64,000 nt of DNA, from NCBI GenBank assembly GCA_963575745.1, contig CAUYUJ010000003.1:496001-560000 (forward strand), written 5' to 3'. This document shows, one piece after another, positions 26,175 to 43,770 of the stretch. Each line of letters begins with the position of its first letter. The stretch's first letter is position 1. The translations under genes and the position numbers were made by a program. Source of the DNA: Prorocentrum cordatum. Lineage: Eukaryota. The notes beneath the pieces are model-generated. The model saw nothing but the letters and a program-made list of their open reading frames with translations, was not told where the DNA came from and searched no databases.

Positions 26175-27010
26175 TTGCATGGCACGCGGGCACAACACGG
26201 CACGCGGACATGGCACGGCACGGCGCGCGCACACACGTGCACAGCACTGCACACGCGCGCGGCACAGGCACGGTACGGAAAGCGAGTGGCAAAGCTTGCA
26301 CACTCCAGAGCGCGGACACGGCACGCCAGCACGGTGGCGCGGCACGGCACGCAGGCACCACGTGGCACGGTGCGCGAGCGGCACATCTTTCGCACCCCAG
26401 CTCACGGGCACGGCACGGCAAGCGGGCACGGCACGGCACGGCACGCGATCGGCAAACTCCTCGCGTGCTGCAGCGCGGGCGCGACACCACGGCTCTCCGC
26501 TTGGCATGTCTCGACCACCGCTGCTGGTTCAGAGTGGTAGCGCAGGCTCCGGCTTGCACCCGCAGCCGCCGAAACATCCATAACGAAAAACAAAGAAACA
26601 GGCTGCTTGGGGGGCGTCTGCTCCAACTACGCGCGTGCGGCACGCGGGCGCGGCACGGCTCTGCATGGCGCGCGTGCGGCCCATCTGCCGCGCTCGAGCG
26701 CGGGCACAGCATGGCTCGCGAGCACGGCACGGCACGCGAGCGGCATATTCGTCGCAATGTGGATCGCTGACATGGCACGAAACCAGTGGGAACACGCTTC
26801 GCATCCTAAAACGCGAGCGCGGCACGCGGGCGCGGCACGCGGGCGCGGCACGCGGGCACGGCACGGCACGGTACGCGACGCGGGGGCTACGCTTGCTCGC
26901 ATTCTAGAACGCGGGCACGTCACGGCACGCGGGTATCATGCTTTTGGCATTCTAGAACGCAGACATCGCACGGCACGCGGGCACGGCATGGCACTGCACG
27001 CGGGCGGGAC
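26175..27010. repeat. Degenerate GGCAC/CACGCG-rich satellite
   Basis: Dense cggcacggcacg and gcacgcggg motifs. Confidence 0.8.
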
Positions 27011-27789
27011 ATGTTTAGCATTGTGATGCAGAGAGGCTGGCTGTTACAATGCCGATGGGGCCCCTGTCCAATCTGCTGAGGGAATAAAAGATTCTTAGTG
27101 TGTGGCGCCCCCCGAGGCCGCCAGACGGTCTGTTCGCGCGTGGCTCCCGCGTCTGGCGCATGGGAAAATGAAAAGGGTCGAGGGGCGGGCTGGAGGTGGG
27201 CGGCGACGGCATGTGCCACGCCCTCTCGGGCGGGTTCTCACGATGGGCCTGGGCGCCCTCCCGAGCCAGGATTTCCCCAGCGCCCCCTGGGCGCGCGTTC
27301 CAGAGGTCGACCGGGCTGAACAGAAAGACTCATTCGCCGCGCGGTGAACGCCGCGCGCGTCTGACCCGGGGTCGGGGCTGCTGGGGCGGCGAGATGAACA
27401 TGTCCTTGGGGTGGCGCCCACAATGCCATTCGTGGAGAGGCGCGGCGCCGGGACACCCGTCGCGCCCGCGCGCCCAGCTGCCCGCGTTCGCGCTCCTCCC
27501 AGACCTGTTGCCGTTAGCGCGTCGCGGGCGAATCCTTGCGCGCATTGCGGCGGGGCCCTGGTCGCCCTCCTGCGGGGGGGGGGGGGGGCGGTCGGAGCGG
27601 CGTCGGAGCGGCGTCTGTCGGTCGGGGAGGTGGGCGCACGCAAGCGCGCGCGGCATTCGTTCTGCCCCTCCCCGTTCGGGCGCTGCCAGGGCGCCCTCGG
27701 CCCCAAGTCGCCCCCGGATTTCCAAGGGGGCGCGCCGCGGCGCCAAGGCCTCCTCATCGCAAGGCCTCGGAAGCCACAGGGGGCCCGAA

Positions 27790-27849
27790 GTCCTCGTCCT
27801 CGTCCTCGTCCTCGTCCTCCTCGTCCTCCTCGTCTCGTCCTCGTCCTCC

Positions 27850-27896
<47 letters not shown>

Positions 27897-27943
27897 CCTC
27901 CTCCTCTCTCCTCCTCCTCCTCCTCCTCCTCCTCCTCCTCCTC

Positions 27944-27968
<25 letters not shown>
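27790..27968. repeat. (CTCGTC)n + (CCT)n microsatellite
   Basis: Directly visible. Confidence 0.95.
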
Positions 27969-27977
<9 letters not shown>

Positions 27978-29406
27978 GCCTCGCCCCCCCTCCTCGCTCC
28001 TCCCAGTTCACCCCCCCCCCCTCCTCCTCAATCCAGCGCCAAGCTTGGCGCGATTGGGTTTGTGGGGTGTGGGGGACGCAACTGCGCAAACGGAGCGTAA
28101 CACAAAAAAACGATCGCGCGCGCAATGCTGTCAACTTCGACCTGGCCCCAAAATGCCTCGAGACAGCGCGGCGCAATGACCGCTGCGATGTGGAGTTTGC
28201 AGACGACCACGGTCGACGCGCGATGTCTGCGTCAAGTGGTAAACGCGCACTGCAGCGGCGCGCGCTGCGCGATGCTGGGCGACGCGAACCAGAAGCGACA
28301 CTACCTCAGTTCAAACGCTTCGCGCTACGCGCTCTGGCCTGCCATTGCAACGGCTGCGCCGAAGGTGTTCAATCAACGCGCTGTGGAATATTGGCTACCA
28401 TGCGACGCATGCAGCCGCGCCAATAATAATTGTAGACGGACGCATGGCAGAGACGACTTGACGCAGCACTGCCGGGGCGTCGCGTTCGAAAATTTAGGCG
28501 GTTTGCGCATGTTGTGGGCTGTGGCGGATGGCCAAAGAAATCTTGGCGGATGGCAAAACATTTTTTTCGTGGTGTGTTGCCAGTTGATTGCGCTTGTGGT
28601 GAATTACACACATATTCCTTGTGTGGCGGCATCGAGTTCCTTGCGTGGCGCAAGGTGGAGGAAACCGAAGGGCGAACGAAACAACAACACAATCAAATTC
28701 AAAGAGAACAAGAAACACTACTGCGTGGGCAACGCTTTGGGTGTCCGGTACAGCGGACAATGTTCAAACGCAGCGTTCCTAGCATCAACATATCAAAAAC
28801 GCTGTGATTGGCAATGCTGCTATACCTCTCGGTGCTAGAGACATTAGGAAGCACAACGCTTTCAACAAGGAGAAATGGAAACAACTGCGGTGCTTTACAT
28901 AGATGGCCTGTCTTCGGAAGCAAACACCGCTATGTCGAACATGTAGCTTGTTGTCATGATTGTTGAAAGCACTGTGTGTTGACAACGTCTTCGGCATCGG
29001 GATGTATCAAAACTGTCAAACACGGCACGCTAGAACTCTGGATGCTGAAGAAGCGGCGTTGCCTTAGTTGTTCACAATACTTGACGCCACAAACGCACAT
29101 CATCACACTGCACGTTTCGGATGTTTTTATGTTTTGCGTGTTTGTTCTCTTCTTGGTTTCTCAAACGCACCCCCGCCAACTAAACCCGCTTGCAAAGCCC
29201 CGACAAAACGAATCATTGCGTAATCCGCCACCCAACAAATCCTTTTGCAATCCGCCAAGCAAGGCATCCAGTGTAAAGACAGCAGGGGAAATTCTTTTGT
29301 AGTGCGCCACAACAGAATCACACGAAGAAACGCGGAAAAGAAAGCCCCCACAAAGAAACCTAAAATCATCGCGTGTTAAACAATCATTCCCGAACGCGCG
29401 GGCCGA

Positions 29407-30354
29407 ATTCGCCGGCCCAACGGGCCAGGGCGTGCTAAGATCTCCGGTACCTGGTTATCAGTATTTCTAGTTCGCGCGCGCGGGGCGGCCCCTGGGGGTC
29501 CCCGGACGAAAAGTACCCCGGCAAGGTCCCGGCAAGGTCGGGTCAGAGATGCCGGAGTTCTGCTTCGGAGTCCAAGAGGGCTCCAGATCGGTCCAAGAGG
29601 GCCCCGAGAAGCTTTCTAGACGGTCCAAGAGAGGCCCGAGGCGGCCAAAGATCGCCCGAAGGCGCCCCAGATGGCCCCAAGACAGCCCAAGAGGCCTCCA
29701 AGACGCTCCAAGGGCCTTCCAAGAGGCCTCCGAAGAGGGCCCCAAGTTGCCAAAATCATTGATTTTCATTGGTTTTTTCTATGTTTTTTTGCGTTCTGGC
29801 CTTTTCGCTTCCGGACGCTCCAAGAGGGCCCAAGAGGCCTTCAAGACTGCTCCAAGACGGCCCACGAGGCTCCCAAGACGGCCCCGGAGCGGCCCAAGAG
29901 CGCCCCCCAGACGGCCCAAGTGCTGCCCAAGGCGGACCAAGAGGCCCCAAGACGGGCCCAAGAGGGGCTCAAGAAGGGAACCGAGAACTGAAAAATCGAG
30001 CCCTCCGCCCCAGAAGGCGCCCAGGACCCCGAAAGAGGCCCCAAGAGACTCTCCAAGACACCCCCAAGACGCCCCAATAAGCTCCCGTGAGGCCCCAAGA
30101 GGACCAACAACGTCAGGCCCCAGGCCCCAAGAGGACCAACAAATACCGCCAAGAGCCCGCCGAAAGCCCCCCAAGAGACCGTCACGAGAGCTCAGGAGGC
30201 CCCCTGGAGGCCTCCCGAGTTCTCCAAGAGGCCTAAAAAGAGGCGCCAAGAGGCCCCAAACGGCCCCACCGAGGCTCCAAGAGGCCACGAACGCGCAAGC
30301 AAACGCCTGCGATGGCACAATACGGGCCGGCGGAATGAGCGAAGCGATTAAATA
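29407..30354. mobile_element. Non-autonomous Helentron/HINE-like element (copy 2)
   Basis: Sub-terminal inverted repeat ATTCGCCGGCCC (29407-29418) / GGGCCGGCGGAAT (30324-30336), hairpin GGCCC-AAC-GGGCC (29414-29426) and a CCAAGA-rich body. Both ends are homologous to 9645-11433. Confidence 0.62.
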
Positions 30355-31802
30355 ACACCAACTAAGGGTCCTCTGGGGAAACCACAAGGTACCGCTACAA
30401 ATGCTCCTGGAACCTCTCCCGGGGTGCGTTCTGACAAAGATTTCCAAGCGAATCCAGCCGTGGCGACGAGGACCTCACAAGAAGCCCGCAAAGGGGAAAA
30501 AGAGGGAAAGGTAGCGGTACCATTTTCTCCTCCGATCCTCGGGGGGGGGTTCTCCTGGTAGGCCTGGTGCGCCGACATCAGCTGATCCCGCAGCAACGCC
30601 GCTTCCTCGGAGGCCGCGGCAATCGCCGCCGCGCTGCTCGCGCTGCTCGCGGCCTCGCGCCCGCCGCCGTCGCCGCCAGAGAGGACTTGGCTGGAAGGCG
30701 GACGGGGAAACGGGCACGCGGCTTCAGGAGGGTCTGTCCACCAGGGGGCCTGTGCGCACAAGGATGCGGCAGACACTGCGCGTGCAGTCCAGCTGCTGGA
30801 AAAAAATGGAACGTTGGAAAAAGAAACGAACCTGGCACCAAAAGGATTCTGGATACACGAGGAGGGCTAGAGGAACAACCACGAGATGATTTAAGGGAAC
30901 AACGAGTCCCTTCCGAACGCAAAGCGGTTCTTATGTCGGCGTCTTGCCTGTCACGCGCGATGAAGGAAGGCATTGGGTAAGAAACCATTGGATGGGGAAT
31001 CCAGGGCCTGGAAACAGGTGAAACGCAAATAATGGATTGGCCATGGGTATGGCTGCCGCCCTCGCCCGATGAGGGGGCCCGAAGAGTCTGACGCTTCGGG
31101 CACATTCACCAACGCCCCCCCTGTCGCGGACTCTTCGCATAACGTAGTCGGCATGTGCAAGCCCAGAACGGACGGAAGAATGGGGAACCAACAAATACCG
31201 ATACCGCTACTCCCAGGATGTTTCCCGGGGTGCTTTCGAAGCCAATCCAACGGCGGCGACAAGAGCCCCCCAAGAGGCCACAAAAAAAATGGAAACGAGG
31301 GAAGGGTAACGGTATGGCTACCTTTCCTCCTCCAAGGGCGAGAGAGGAGAGGTGGACAGTGAAGTGGATGGAGATTCCGTTGGATCCCGCTGCTGAGGCG
31401 CCAGGATTGAGCAGGGACCGACCGTCCCGGCATTTTCCTACAGGTCTACCACGATTCTAGAACAAGGGAATGTTTTAGAAACAAAAGCGATGTGCTTGGA
31501 AGATAAACCCGATGTATTGCAACAGGGACCTAAACCATAAATGCTCGAAGGGCAAACCACACAAAGTTTTCAGAACATTATCTGGTGGTCCTGTAGGCAA
31601 GCCATGACGATTCACCACCGCTTGATCGACTGCAAAATTCCACCTTCTCCTCCGCTCCCGCGGCGCGTCGCCGCCCGAGGCCCGCTGACCTCGGCACCCT
31701 CCCGCGGGCCGAGAACCCTCGACCATGCCAAGCCACATGCGTGCTCACAGGGGGCAGCGAGGGAGGCACGCCACCGGCCCCCCCCTCCTCAGAAATGGCG
31801 GG

Positions 31803-31950
31803 CGGAGGAGGAGGAGGAGGAGGAGGAGGAGGAGGAGGAGGAGGACGACGACGAGGGGGAGGACGAGGAGGGGCAGGAGGAGGAGAAGAGAAGAGAAGAG
31901 AAGAGAAGAGAAGAGAAGAGAAGAGAAGAGAAGAGAAAAAGGAGGAGAAA
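31803..31950. repeat. (GAG)n + (AGAAG)n microsatellite
   Basis: Directly visible. Confidence 0.93.
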
Positions 31951-32529
31951 AAAAAGGATTGGGACGACGGGGGGGGACCGGCAGAGCGGAAAGATAGAGA
32001 GAAGGGGGACACGGGGGGGGGGGAGGGGGAAGAGGTGCGGGAGGGGGGCGGATGGAGGAGAGAGAGACTAGAGAGAGAGATGAGGGAGACTGGGAGGGGG
32101 AGGATGAAAAGGGATGGGCGAGCGGAAGGTGAATGGGGGGTGGGGGAGGAGGGAGGACTCAAGGCGGAAAGGCACATGGGCGCGGCGAGCCGTGCGCCGC
32201 GATTTCGGCGGCCCTCACCACCACCGCCGCCGCCGTGGCCAGCGGGCGGGGCGGGGGAGACTTGACGTAACCCCACCAGCCCGCTGGGCATTGTTTCTGG
32301 CGTTTCCGCATCCATCTTCGCTTTCTCCTTCCGGAACCGGCTTATCGTTGCTCTCTATTAAACAAAATCCTCCCCCAGGCGGCCGGCAGCAAACCTGGAC
32401 CCATGCCTACACCCACCAACATCAACCCTATCAAAAACGGTACAACAGCACGGTCCAGTTGTCCAAAAACATATATCAGCACATGTTGTTTCAAAAACCC
32501 CAACATGCGCAAGCATGTAGGAAATTCCA

Positions 32530-32986
32530 CTGGAGGCCCTCGCACGTTTCGTGGCCCCGTAAGGAGCTCCACGGAGGGCCCCAGTGGCAAGGTTCGCATA
32601 CGGTTCCACCACCAATGTCGGCATACCCATCACACGCTTCGTGGGCCAATGAAGAACTCCACATCACTTCCCCTGTCGCATGCGGCTCCATCTCCATGTC
32701 GGCACACCCCTCACACATTTCGTGGCATGAAAAGGAACTTCTCCATCGAAGGCCCTAGCGGCACTGTTCGCATGCGGTTCCACCCCGATGTTGGCGCACC
32801 CCTCACACGTTTCGTGGCTCCGTAATGAACTCCACCGAAACGCCCCCGCTGGAAGGGGTCGCGCGCAGTTATGCACCAATTTCGGCACATCTCTCACACG
32901 TTTCGTGGGCCTATAGGGACTTCTCCACCGACGACGATATTTACAACTGCGGCGCTCACAACTGCATATGGTTGGGTCCTTCGCCA
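32530..32986 (-). repeat. Second, shorter and more diverged copy of the head + 90-bp array family
   Basis: cacacgtttcgtggcccc..ggagctccac units are the reverse complement of the 18.8-20.1 kb unit. The head is at 32955-32986. Confidence 0.85.
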
Positions 32987-33099
32987 AGTCCGCCCAGTGG
33001 TAACCAATCGACCACCGCGAGTGCTCGCTCACGGCACACCCCTAATGCTGAGTCGTGTTGGTAATAATGAAAGCAATGGAACGAATACTGATATAATAC

Positions 33100-37360
<4,261 letters not shown>

Positions 37361-37497
37361 TACAGGAAAGCGGGGGCGGGTGGGGCAGCGGGAGTAGTTT
37401 AAAAGGGCCGACGAATTCGTCGGGGAAATCCAAAATGAAAACAACATCGACGAGGACAGCCGCGACCTACCGTCAACACCAAAAAACACCGCCACCA

Positions 37498-37499
<2 letters not shown>

Positions 37500-37539
<40 letters not shown>

Positions 37540-37834
37540 ATTCTCAAACGAGCAGGGGGGGGGATATTCGACCCTTTCACCGCCTGTAGTACGACCCCCG
37601 CGGCGTGGTTCATCGCCCACTGCGGACCCATACTGCGCAAAACCAAACCGGGACGAATCGTCAATTGTTCCTCGGGGCACGGCCCGCGCCAACACAATAA
37701 CCTATATATGCGTAAACATATATATATACATACATATATATATATAGGTTGACATGTGCATATATTTGTATATATATATATATGTGTGTATAAATTTATA
37801 TGTGTACATCTATATATATATATATATATACATA
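37500..37834. repeat. (TA)n microsatellite tracts
   Basis: Visible at 37501-37536 and 37704-37834. Confidence 0.9.
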
Positions 37835-38554
37835 CTAGAACCACGCCCGCGTTTCGCGCGAGCTCAAGTTCTAGCAGGCCCCAAACCTTGACGAGTTCAT
37901 TGCTCCACTGAAGTAATGGACTACAAATGGTTTGAACGGGAAATGAAGAAGCGTACATGGCTGTGAACGCATTATGGGCAAAATTCTGGAAGGCTTTCGG
38001 GGCAGATCGTTGAGTAGGAGGGCGGAGGCCTGACGAATCGGGTTTCCAGATGGCCTTCTGGGAACGTGGTTTTGGAGGCGTCTTGGGGAGCCTGTTGGGG
38101 CGTGCCGCCGTCGTCGTCGTCGTCGTCGTCGTCGTGATGTCGTCGTCGCCTCTTGGGGCGCGCCGTCGTCGTCGTCGTGGTCCTCGTCTTCGTCGTTTCG
38201 TCTTCTTCGTCGTCGTCGTCGTCGGATGGACCCCTTCCTAGGATCCACCCAGCGCAGTTTTCCATTCCAGGTCGAAGCCCGACGACCCCAAGGCCCGACA
38301 ACGGCCCCAGAAGGCAGAAAGCGTCGAATAACCGTTTCGAACATCGAAGTTCGAAGTTCGTCGTCGTCTTCGTCGCCGCCGCCGCCATCGTCGTCGTCGT
38401 CGGCAGACGTCGACAGATAAGGCGATCAGTCATGTTCCCACTCAACTTTTTAGACAGCTCTACGGCAGCGCGATGGTACTTCGGAGCCTCCGGAGACTCT
38501 CGGGCCCATCATAAACCATGTCCCCCGAAGGCTTTCTGGGGACATGATGTGTTG

Positions 38555-39045
38555 GGGTGTGGCTGGGGGGCCTCTTGGGCATTCCCTGGAAGCCCCTTGG
38601 GGGCCTCTTGGAGTTTCCTGGGGGCCTCTTGGGGGCCTCACGGGGCTTTTTGGGAGCCTCTTGGTGGCCTCTCGTGGCCTACTGGGGGCCTCTTGGGCCA
38701 GAGACCTCGAAATATCGGTTCGTGGTCCCCCTCTGGGCCCCCTCTCTTCGGGCCGTCTTGGAGCGATCTGAAGGGCCTCCGAGGCCGTGAGGGAGCGTTG
38801 GGAAGCGGGAAAAGCGATAACGCCAAAATCTTCCAAAAACCATCGGGAGTTGTATGACTTTTGCCTCCCAGGGCCCTCCTGGGGAGCCTCTTGAATCCTC
38901 GTCGGCCGTCTTGAGGGCCTCTTGGGAGTCTTCGGGGCCTCTTGGGACCTTCTTGGGCCCTCCTGTCGTGGCCCGTTTCGGGGCGGGCCCGGGTCGTCTC
39001 GGGAGCTCTGGGACCCCCCAGAAACCCAGGGGGGCGCGCATGAGG
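38555..39045 (-). repeat. CCAAGA-rich dispersed repeat fragment, reverse orientation
   Basis: ggggcctcttgg and ccgtcttggag motifs. Confidence 0.55.
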
Positions 39046-39086
39046 GGTGCAGGTACCGGCCCGCCCCCCTCCTCTTCCTACTCCGA

Positions 39087-39101
39087 TCTCTCTCTCTCTC
39101 T

Positions 39102-39135
<34 letters not shown>

Positions 39136-39380
39136 CTCTCTCTCTCTCTGTAAATATGTATGTGTATATATATATGTATATCAATACAAATGTGCGCATG
39201 CATGCATGCATACATACACACATTACACTACATTGCATTACGCTACACTACGTTACATGACATGACATTACATTACATGACACCACATTACATTCCATAC
39301 ATGCATACGTACATACCTACAGACATACGTACGTACAGACGCATACATACATGCATGCATGCATGCATGCATGCATGTAT
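39087..39380. repeat. (CT)n-poly(T)-(CT)n followed by (TACA)/(CATTA)/(TGCA) microsatellite
   Basis: Directly visible. Confidence 0.93.
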
Positions 39381-41274
39381 GATGGAACGGCTGCAACGAA
39401 AGTGGGGAACGAACGCAGAAGCCATCATGCAAAGCATAGTAACACATGTTCTGAACCCGGACAAACAAAAACATTGCGACAATGCACAATCAGAAACCAC
39501 TCGCCACCATGACATACTGGACCGTGCACATTCAGAAACTGCGGTTATGCACAAGACACACGAAAAGGCAAGCATAGGCGAGGAGTAAAAGAGGGAGACG
39601 GGGCCCTAAAGGGGAGCGCGTCAAAGAACAATGGAATCGTCATGCGAAGATCGATTGCGTTTCCGGGCAGGCAGATGGATTGCTGTTGGGATGTCAAACG
39701 ATTCCCGATCGATTTCTTGCCAAAAACTGGATTCACATTGGCCGCGCAGGTTCCGACACCACGGCTGACGCTAGAACGTAAAGCATAACCACAATGGACG
39801 CATAGGCTATGTATATGTAATTAATGAGCGGCACGCAGCATGCGGCACGCGGCACCACTCATCATTACGCTCTCGCTTCGCCTTCACATTTCCCTGCTCC
39901 TCCTCCTTGTCTGTTTTCCCCTCCTGTTCCTAATCCTCCTCATTTGCTCCTATCATTCGCCAGGCAAGGACGAACATAACACATAACGGACTGCGACTGG
40001 TCGCGGAGTATGTGCCAGACGCAACAAACCGACTGCGACTTCATCGCGTATTCACATAACGCGCACCTTCATCAACGTGTGCGTCTGTGAGATCGCGCGA
40101 AACTGGTCGTCGCTTCAGACTGGTATGTAACAATCACTGTTCACGTAGTTAGCTGGTTGTTTGGACAAACTCGTGTAGAATGACGCTGCAAGAGGGAAAC
40201 CCTTCCAGATATTCGGCCGCAAATCTGAAGCCACGCTGCTCTTAGGCTGGTCGTCCCCTTCTCGCGTACTTCTGATAATCCCCGTCGTACTCTCATGGGT
40301 CCATGTCGCAAGCGTTGAAGACAACGTGGGGCACCCACTTAACAAACTCTCGCTGGTCGGGCTCTCACTGGAAAAGGCAACGATGAACTGGCACGTCCGC
40401 ACGCTGCGGGCAGCATCGGTTATGTCAAATATCCTTGGTTGCACTCGCAGCGTTCGAACCAGCACTGGGTGAAAATTTTGATTCGCAATTGGCATAAGAA
40501 ACCGACTACATGTCCACACATTAAATGCACACTGGCAAGCGGTACATCTGCCGCCCCCATTGGGGTCTCCAGGCCCACGAAACTTGCCATTTCTTGGACG
40601 CCCATCCCCCGTGCACTTCTCGGTTTTGTGCGTTTGTTTTTCGCACGGTGATCCAGGATGCTCCTCGATGGCCCTCGCCGAGCGTCCGAGCGATGCCGAT
40701 GAGACTGCCCCCGAGCAGCGTTCCCGCCCCCACACTGGGCTGCAAGTTGCACGTTTGACGTGGGGCAGGCCCAGGCCGACCTCCCGACGAACTCATCCGG
40801 GGGCCCGGGAGGCCACGACGGCCCCACGACGGCCCCAGTGAAGCCCCAGCGGGCTCGAGAACAGCCCAAGAGGGCCTCAAAGCGGCCCCAGAGGGTGCCA
40901 GAACGGACCAGGAGAGCCCAACAAACACTTCGAGCCCAAGAAACACTCGTACAGGTCTCGTGTTTCTTCTGGTTGAAAAAATGACATGTTGCGTCGTTTC
41001 GAACTCTCGACAACCAAGCGGCGACGGGGGTGGGGGCGGGCGGGGAGACGGGGGAATGTAACATGCGGACAGATGTGAAGAGCTCAACCAGGGGGGTCGG
41101 GACGGCACGCGGGAGTGGCTCTGGGGCGGCGCCAATCTGTCGAGCTGCAGAGACGGGAACCGTGCGGAGGGCACGCAGATAACCCGAGGCGGAGGCCAGA
41201 AGGCGGGGGAAGAGGCCGCAGCCTGCGGGGTCGCATTGGGCGGCCAGAGAGGAGCGAAGAAGTTGTCGCGGCCC

Positions 41275-42410
41275 CAACCGGCGCACGGACCGCCATCGAG
41301 AGAGACGCCAAGGGTGGCGTCGGTTACGGCGCCGTCTACCGTGCCAGGGCAGGGGTGTGAAGCAGCGTCGGAGCGCGAACGCCGAGCCAGGGAGGGCAAT
41401 GCGTGGGGGCCATCGTCGGGGGCGGCGTCAGAGGCAGCGTCGAAGTGGGGGCGCCGGCCCTGGTGAGGTACGGCGACACGGCCTTCGTCGAGAGCGGAGC
41501 TGGTGGCAGCGTCGGAGTGGAAACTTCGGCCTGGGGTGGAAACCGTGTCGACGTCGCTAAGGGAGGCGACGGCAGCGTCGTCGGAAAGGGGGCGTCGGCC
41601 CGGGTGCGGTACGCCGTCACCTCGTCGAGGGCAGAGTCGGAGGCACGTGGGGGTGGTGGCGGGAGCCCAGGGAGTGGGAGAGGTCGACGTCGTCGGGAGC
41701 GGCGTCAGAGGCAGCGCATCGCCAGAGCGGGGGCGTCGGCCCGGGCGAGGCAGCGAGGTCCGGCGCCGCGTCATCCGTCGAGGGCGGAGCTGATGGCAGC
41801 GTCACGAAGGAAGCGTCGGCCTGGAAGGGCGGCGTGGACGTCGTCGGGGGCGGCGTCCGCGGCGTCGTCGGAGTGGGGCCGTCGGCCCAGGTGTGGTACG
41901 GCGTCGCGGCCTTCGTCGAGGGTGGGGGCGGGAGCAACGTCGGGGCGTGTACCCAGCGGTGGAGCGGCGTCGCGGTCGCCGGGGGCCCGAGGGCGGAGCC
42001 ACGGGCAGCATCGGAGTGGAAGCGTGCATTCTTCGAGTGCGTCGCCGGAGGCAGCGTCAGAGTGGAAGCGTCGAGGAGGAGGGGGCGGCATCGCACTCGT
42101 GGGGGGGGCGGCGACAAAGGCAGCGTCGGAGCGGGGGCGCTGGCACGGGCGAGGAACGGCGCCGCGCCCTTCGTCGAGAGCGGGGCCAGAAGCAGTGTCG
42201 GAGTGGAAGCGTCGGCTGGAGGAGGGGGCGGCGTGGACGTCCTTGGGGGCTGCGTTCGCGGCGGCGTCGTCGGAGTGGGGCCGTCGTCCCAGGTGTGGCA
42301 CGGCGACGTTGCACTCGTCGAGGGCGGAGTCGGAGGCGGCGGCGGAGTGGGGGCGTCGGCCCAAGGGTGGCACGGCCTCGCGGCCGTCGGCGAGGCGGCA
42401 ACATCGGTAC
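41275..42410. repeat. Degenerate GC-rich tandem array (GGCAGCGTCGGAGTGGGGGCGTCGGCCC...TCGTCGAGGGCGGAG modules)
   Basis: Recurrent gcagcgtcggagtgg and tcgtcgagggcgg modules about every 60-110 bp. Confidence 0.8.
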
Positions 42411-42693
42411 GAGACCCTATGCAGCGGGGCATTCACGGACAATTCCCCCCCCAGCGGTAGAGCACGCAGTGGTTGTAAGCAGTACCGGCTCACATCCGAG
42501 TGTTTGAGTTGCAGATCGGAAATCTAACCTGGTGGAGACACCGGACCCCCCATGAAACCACGCTCATGGGCCTACATTGGGTGGCTTCTGGGCCCTCTCA
42601 AATGGTCTGGAGACCCGGGAGGTGAGAATGGGAGCAGAAGGCATAAATCTCACGTGTTTCAGTGGCTTTTCGTTTCGGCCACCTCCACGAGCA

Positions 42694-42955
42694 GTTTGAA
42701 GGGGGTTGGGCGGCCCAACCAGAAGCTTCGCCTAAGGCGAAGAGCCTATCCATCTCTGTTGTACTGTACTAGCGACAGTCCCAAAAGTAGGATATCGTCG
42801 CGAGAGCGACGGGCCATGTCAAGCGAATCTGTTTTCGGTCTCGATGGCAAGTAGCGTGCTTCGCGATGAGGCGCAGTCATATGTTGGCGGCCGGCCGCTC
42901 GAGCACAAACGGCCGCGGACAAACGCTCGCCATCTCTCGCTTTTGCCGCGCCCTC
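42694..42955 (-). repeat. Candidate 3' LTR of the copia-like element
   Basis: ~260-bp direct repeat of 60825-61087 (roughly 85-88% identical by eye), ~150 bp beyond the end of RNase H. Confidence 0.6.
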
Positions 42956-43103
42956 CTTTGGAGAGGAGGAGTCGAAGCGTGAGTTCACCGCCCGCTGTAT
43001 AGTACATTGCTATATGCACAAAGTAGGCAGCAGCAGGCGGGCTCAACAAGGAAGGTTGGCCCGCGCGCATTTGCCTTTGCAAACAAATTGCCTCGCAGGA
43101 AAA

Positions 43104-43770
43104 TCACCTTGCAGGCGATTGCTCCCCAGGCGGCTCAGACGATCTTGTCCGACCAGCCGTGTATGAAGTATGTCGTTTTAAATCGTGTTTTAAGGATTGC
43201 GTTCCTCCCGTGACCTGTAGGAACGTATCTCTGTCGATGTTCCCTTTGGTGTGGCCGTCCGCGGTCATGTCGCGAGCGGCACGCCACTGTGCACGATGCG
43301 AAATTCCTCGTTCCATCATCTGTCGTATCCAACCGATGTGTCCCAAAAAACTACACCCAGTCGTTTTTCATATTTTAGTGGTCTCTGCTTGACAAGGACC
43401 TGAAGACATATTCCGCATCGATGGACAAGGCGACCTTAATGCTCAGGCCGCCCATCTAAAGTATGTATTTCAACTGAGTGGGCGTCAGCGGCCCAGCGTG
43501 ACGTTCATGCCGAGTGACGATCGTGGGATAGCAGTCCTCCAACTTGTGGGCTGCTGCTAATGTTTCCGTTGAGTAGCTCGAGCGCACCTGCCAGCGGTGA
43601 GACTGCAGTGCGCGTTGATAAGATGGACGACGGGCTTGCCAGCAGGCGCGCTTTCACGACGTAGCAGGTCTGCCCCGCGAGTACCATAACCTTTGACCTC
43701 GTTCTAGGTTCTAGGCGTCTCCGCAAAGACGCCGGTAACCGGAGTCGCTATGCAGGTCGACCTCGCCCGT
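43104..43770 (-). pseudogene. Copia-type RNase H remnant
   Basis: VDLHSDSGY (~43740-43765), VALSIDAEYVF (~43405-43435) and WIRQMMERG...RDMTADGHTK, the copia ADxxTK terminus. Confidence 0.85.

Noticed and set aside
40420..42527. Several 200-400-aa ORFs
   Set aside because: They overlap a GC-rich degenerate tandem repeat and show no recognisable domain.
42445..42550. tRNA-like GGTAGAGCAC segment
   Set aside because: I could not form a cloverleaf or find a T-loop (GTTCRA).
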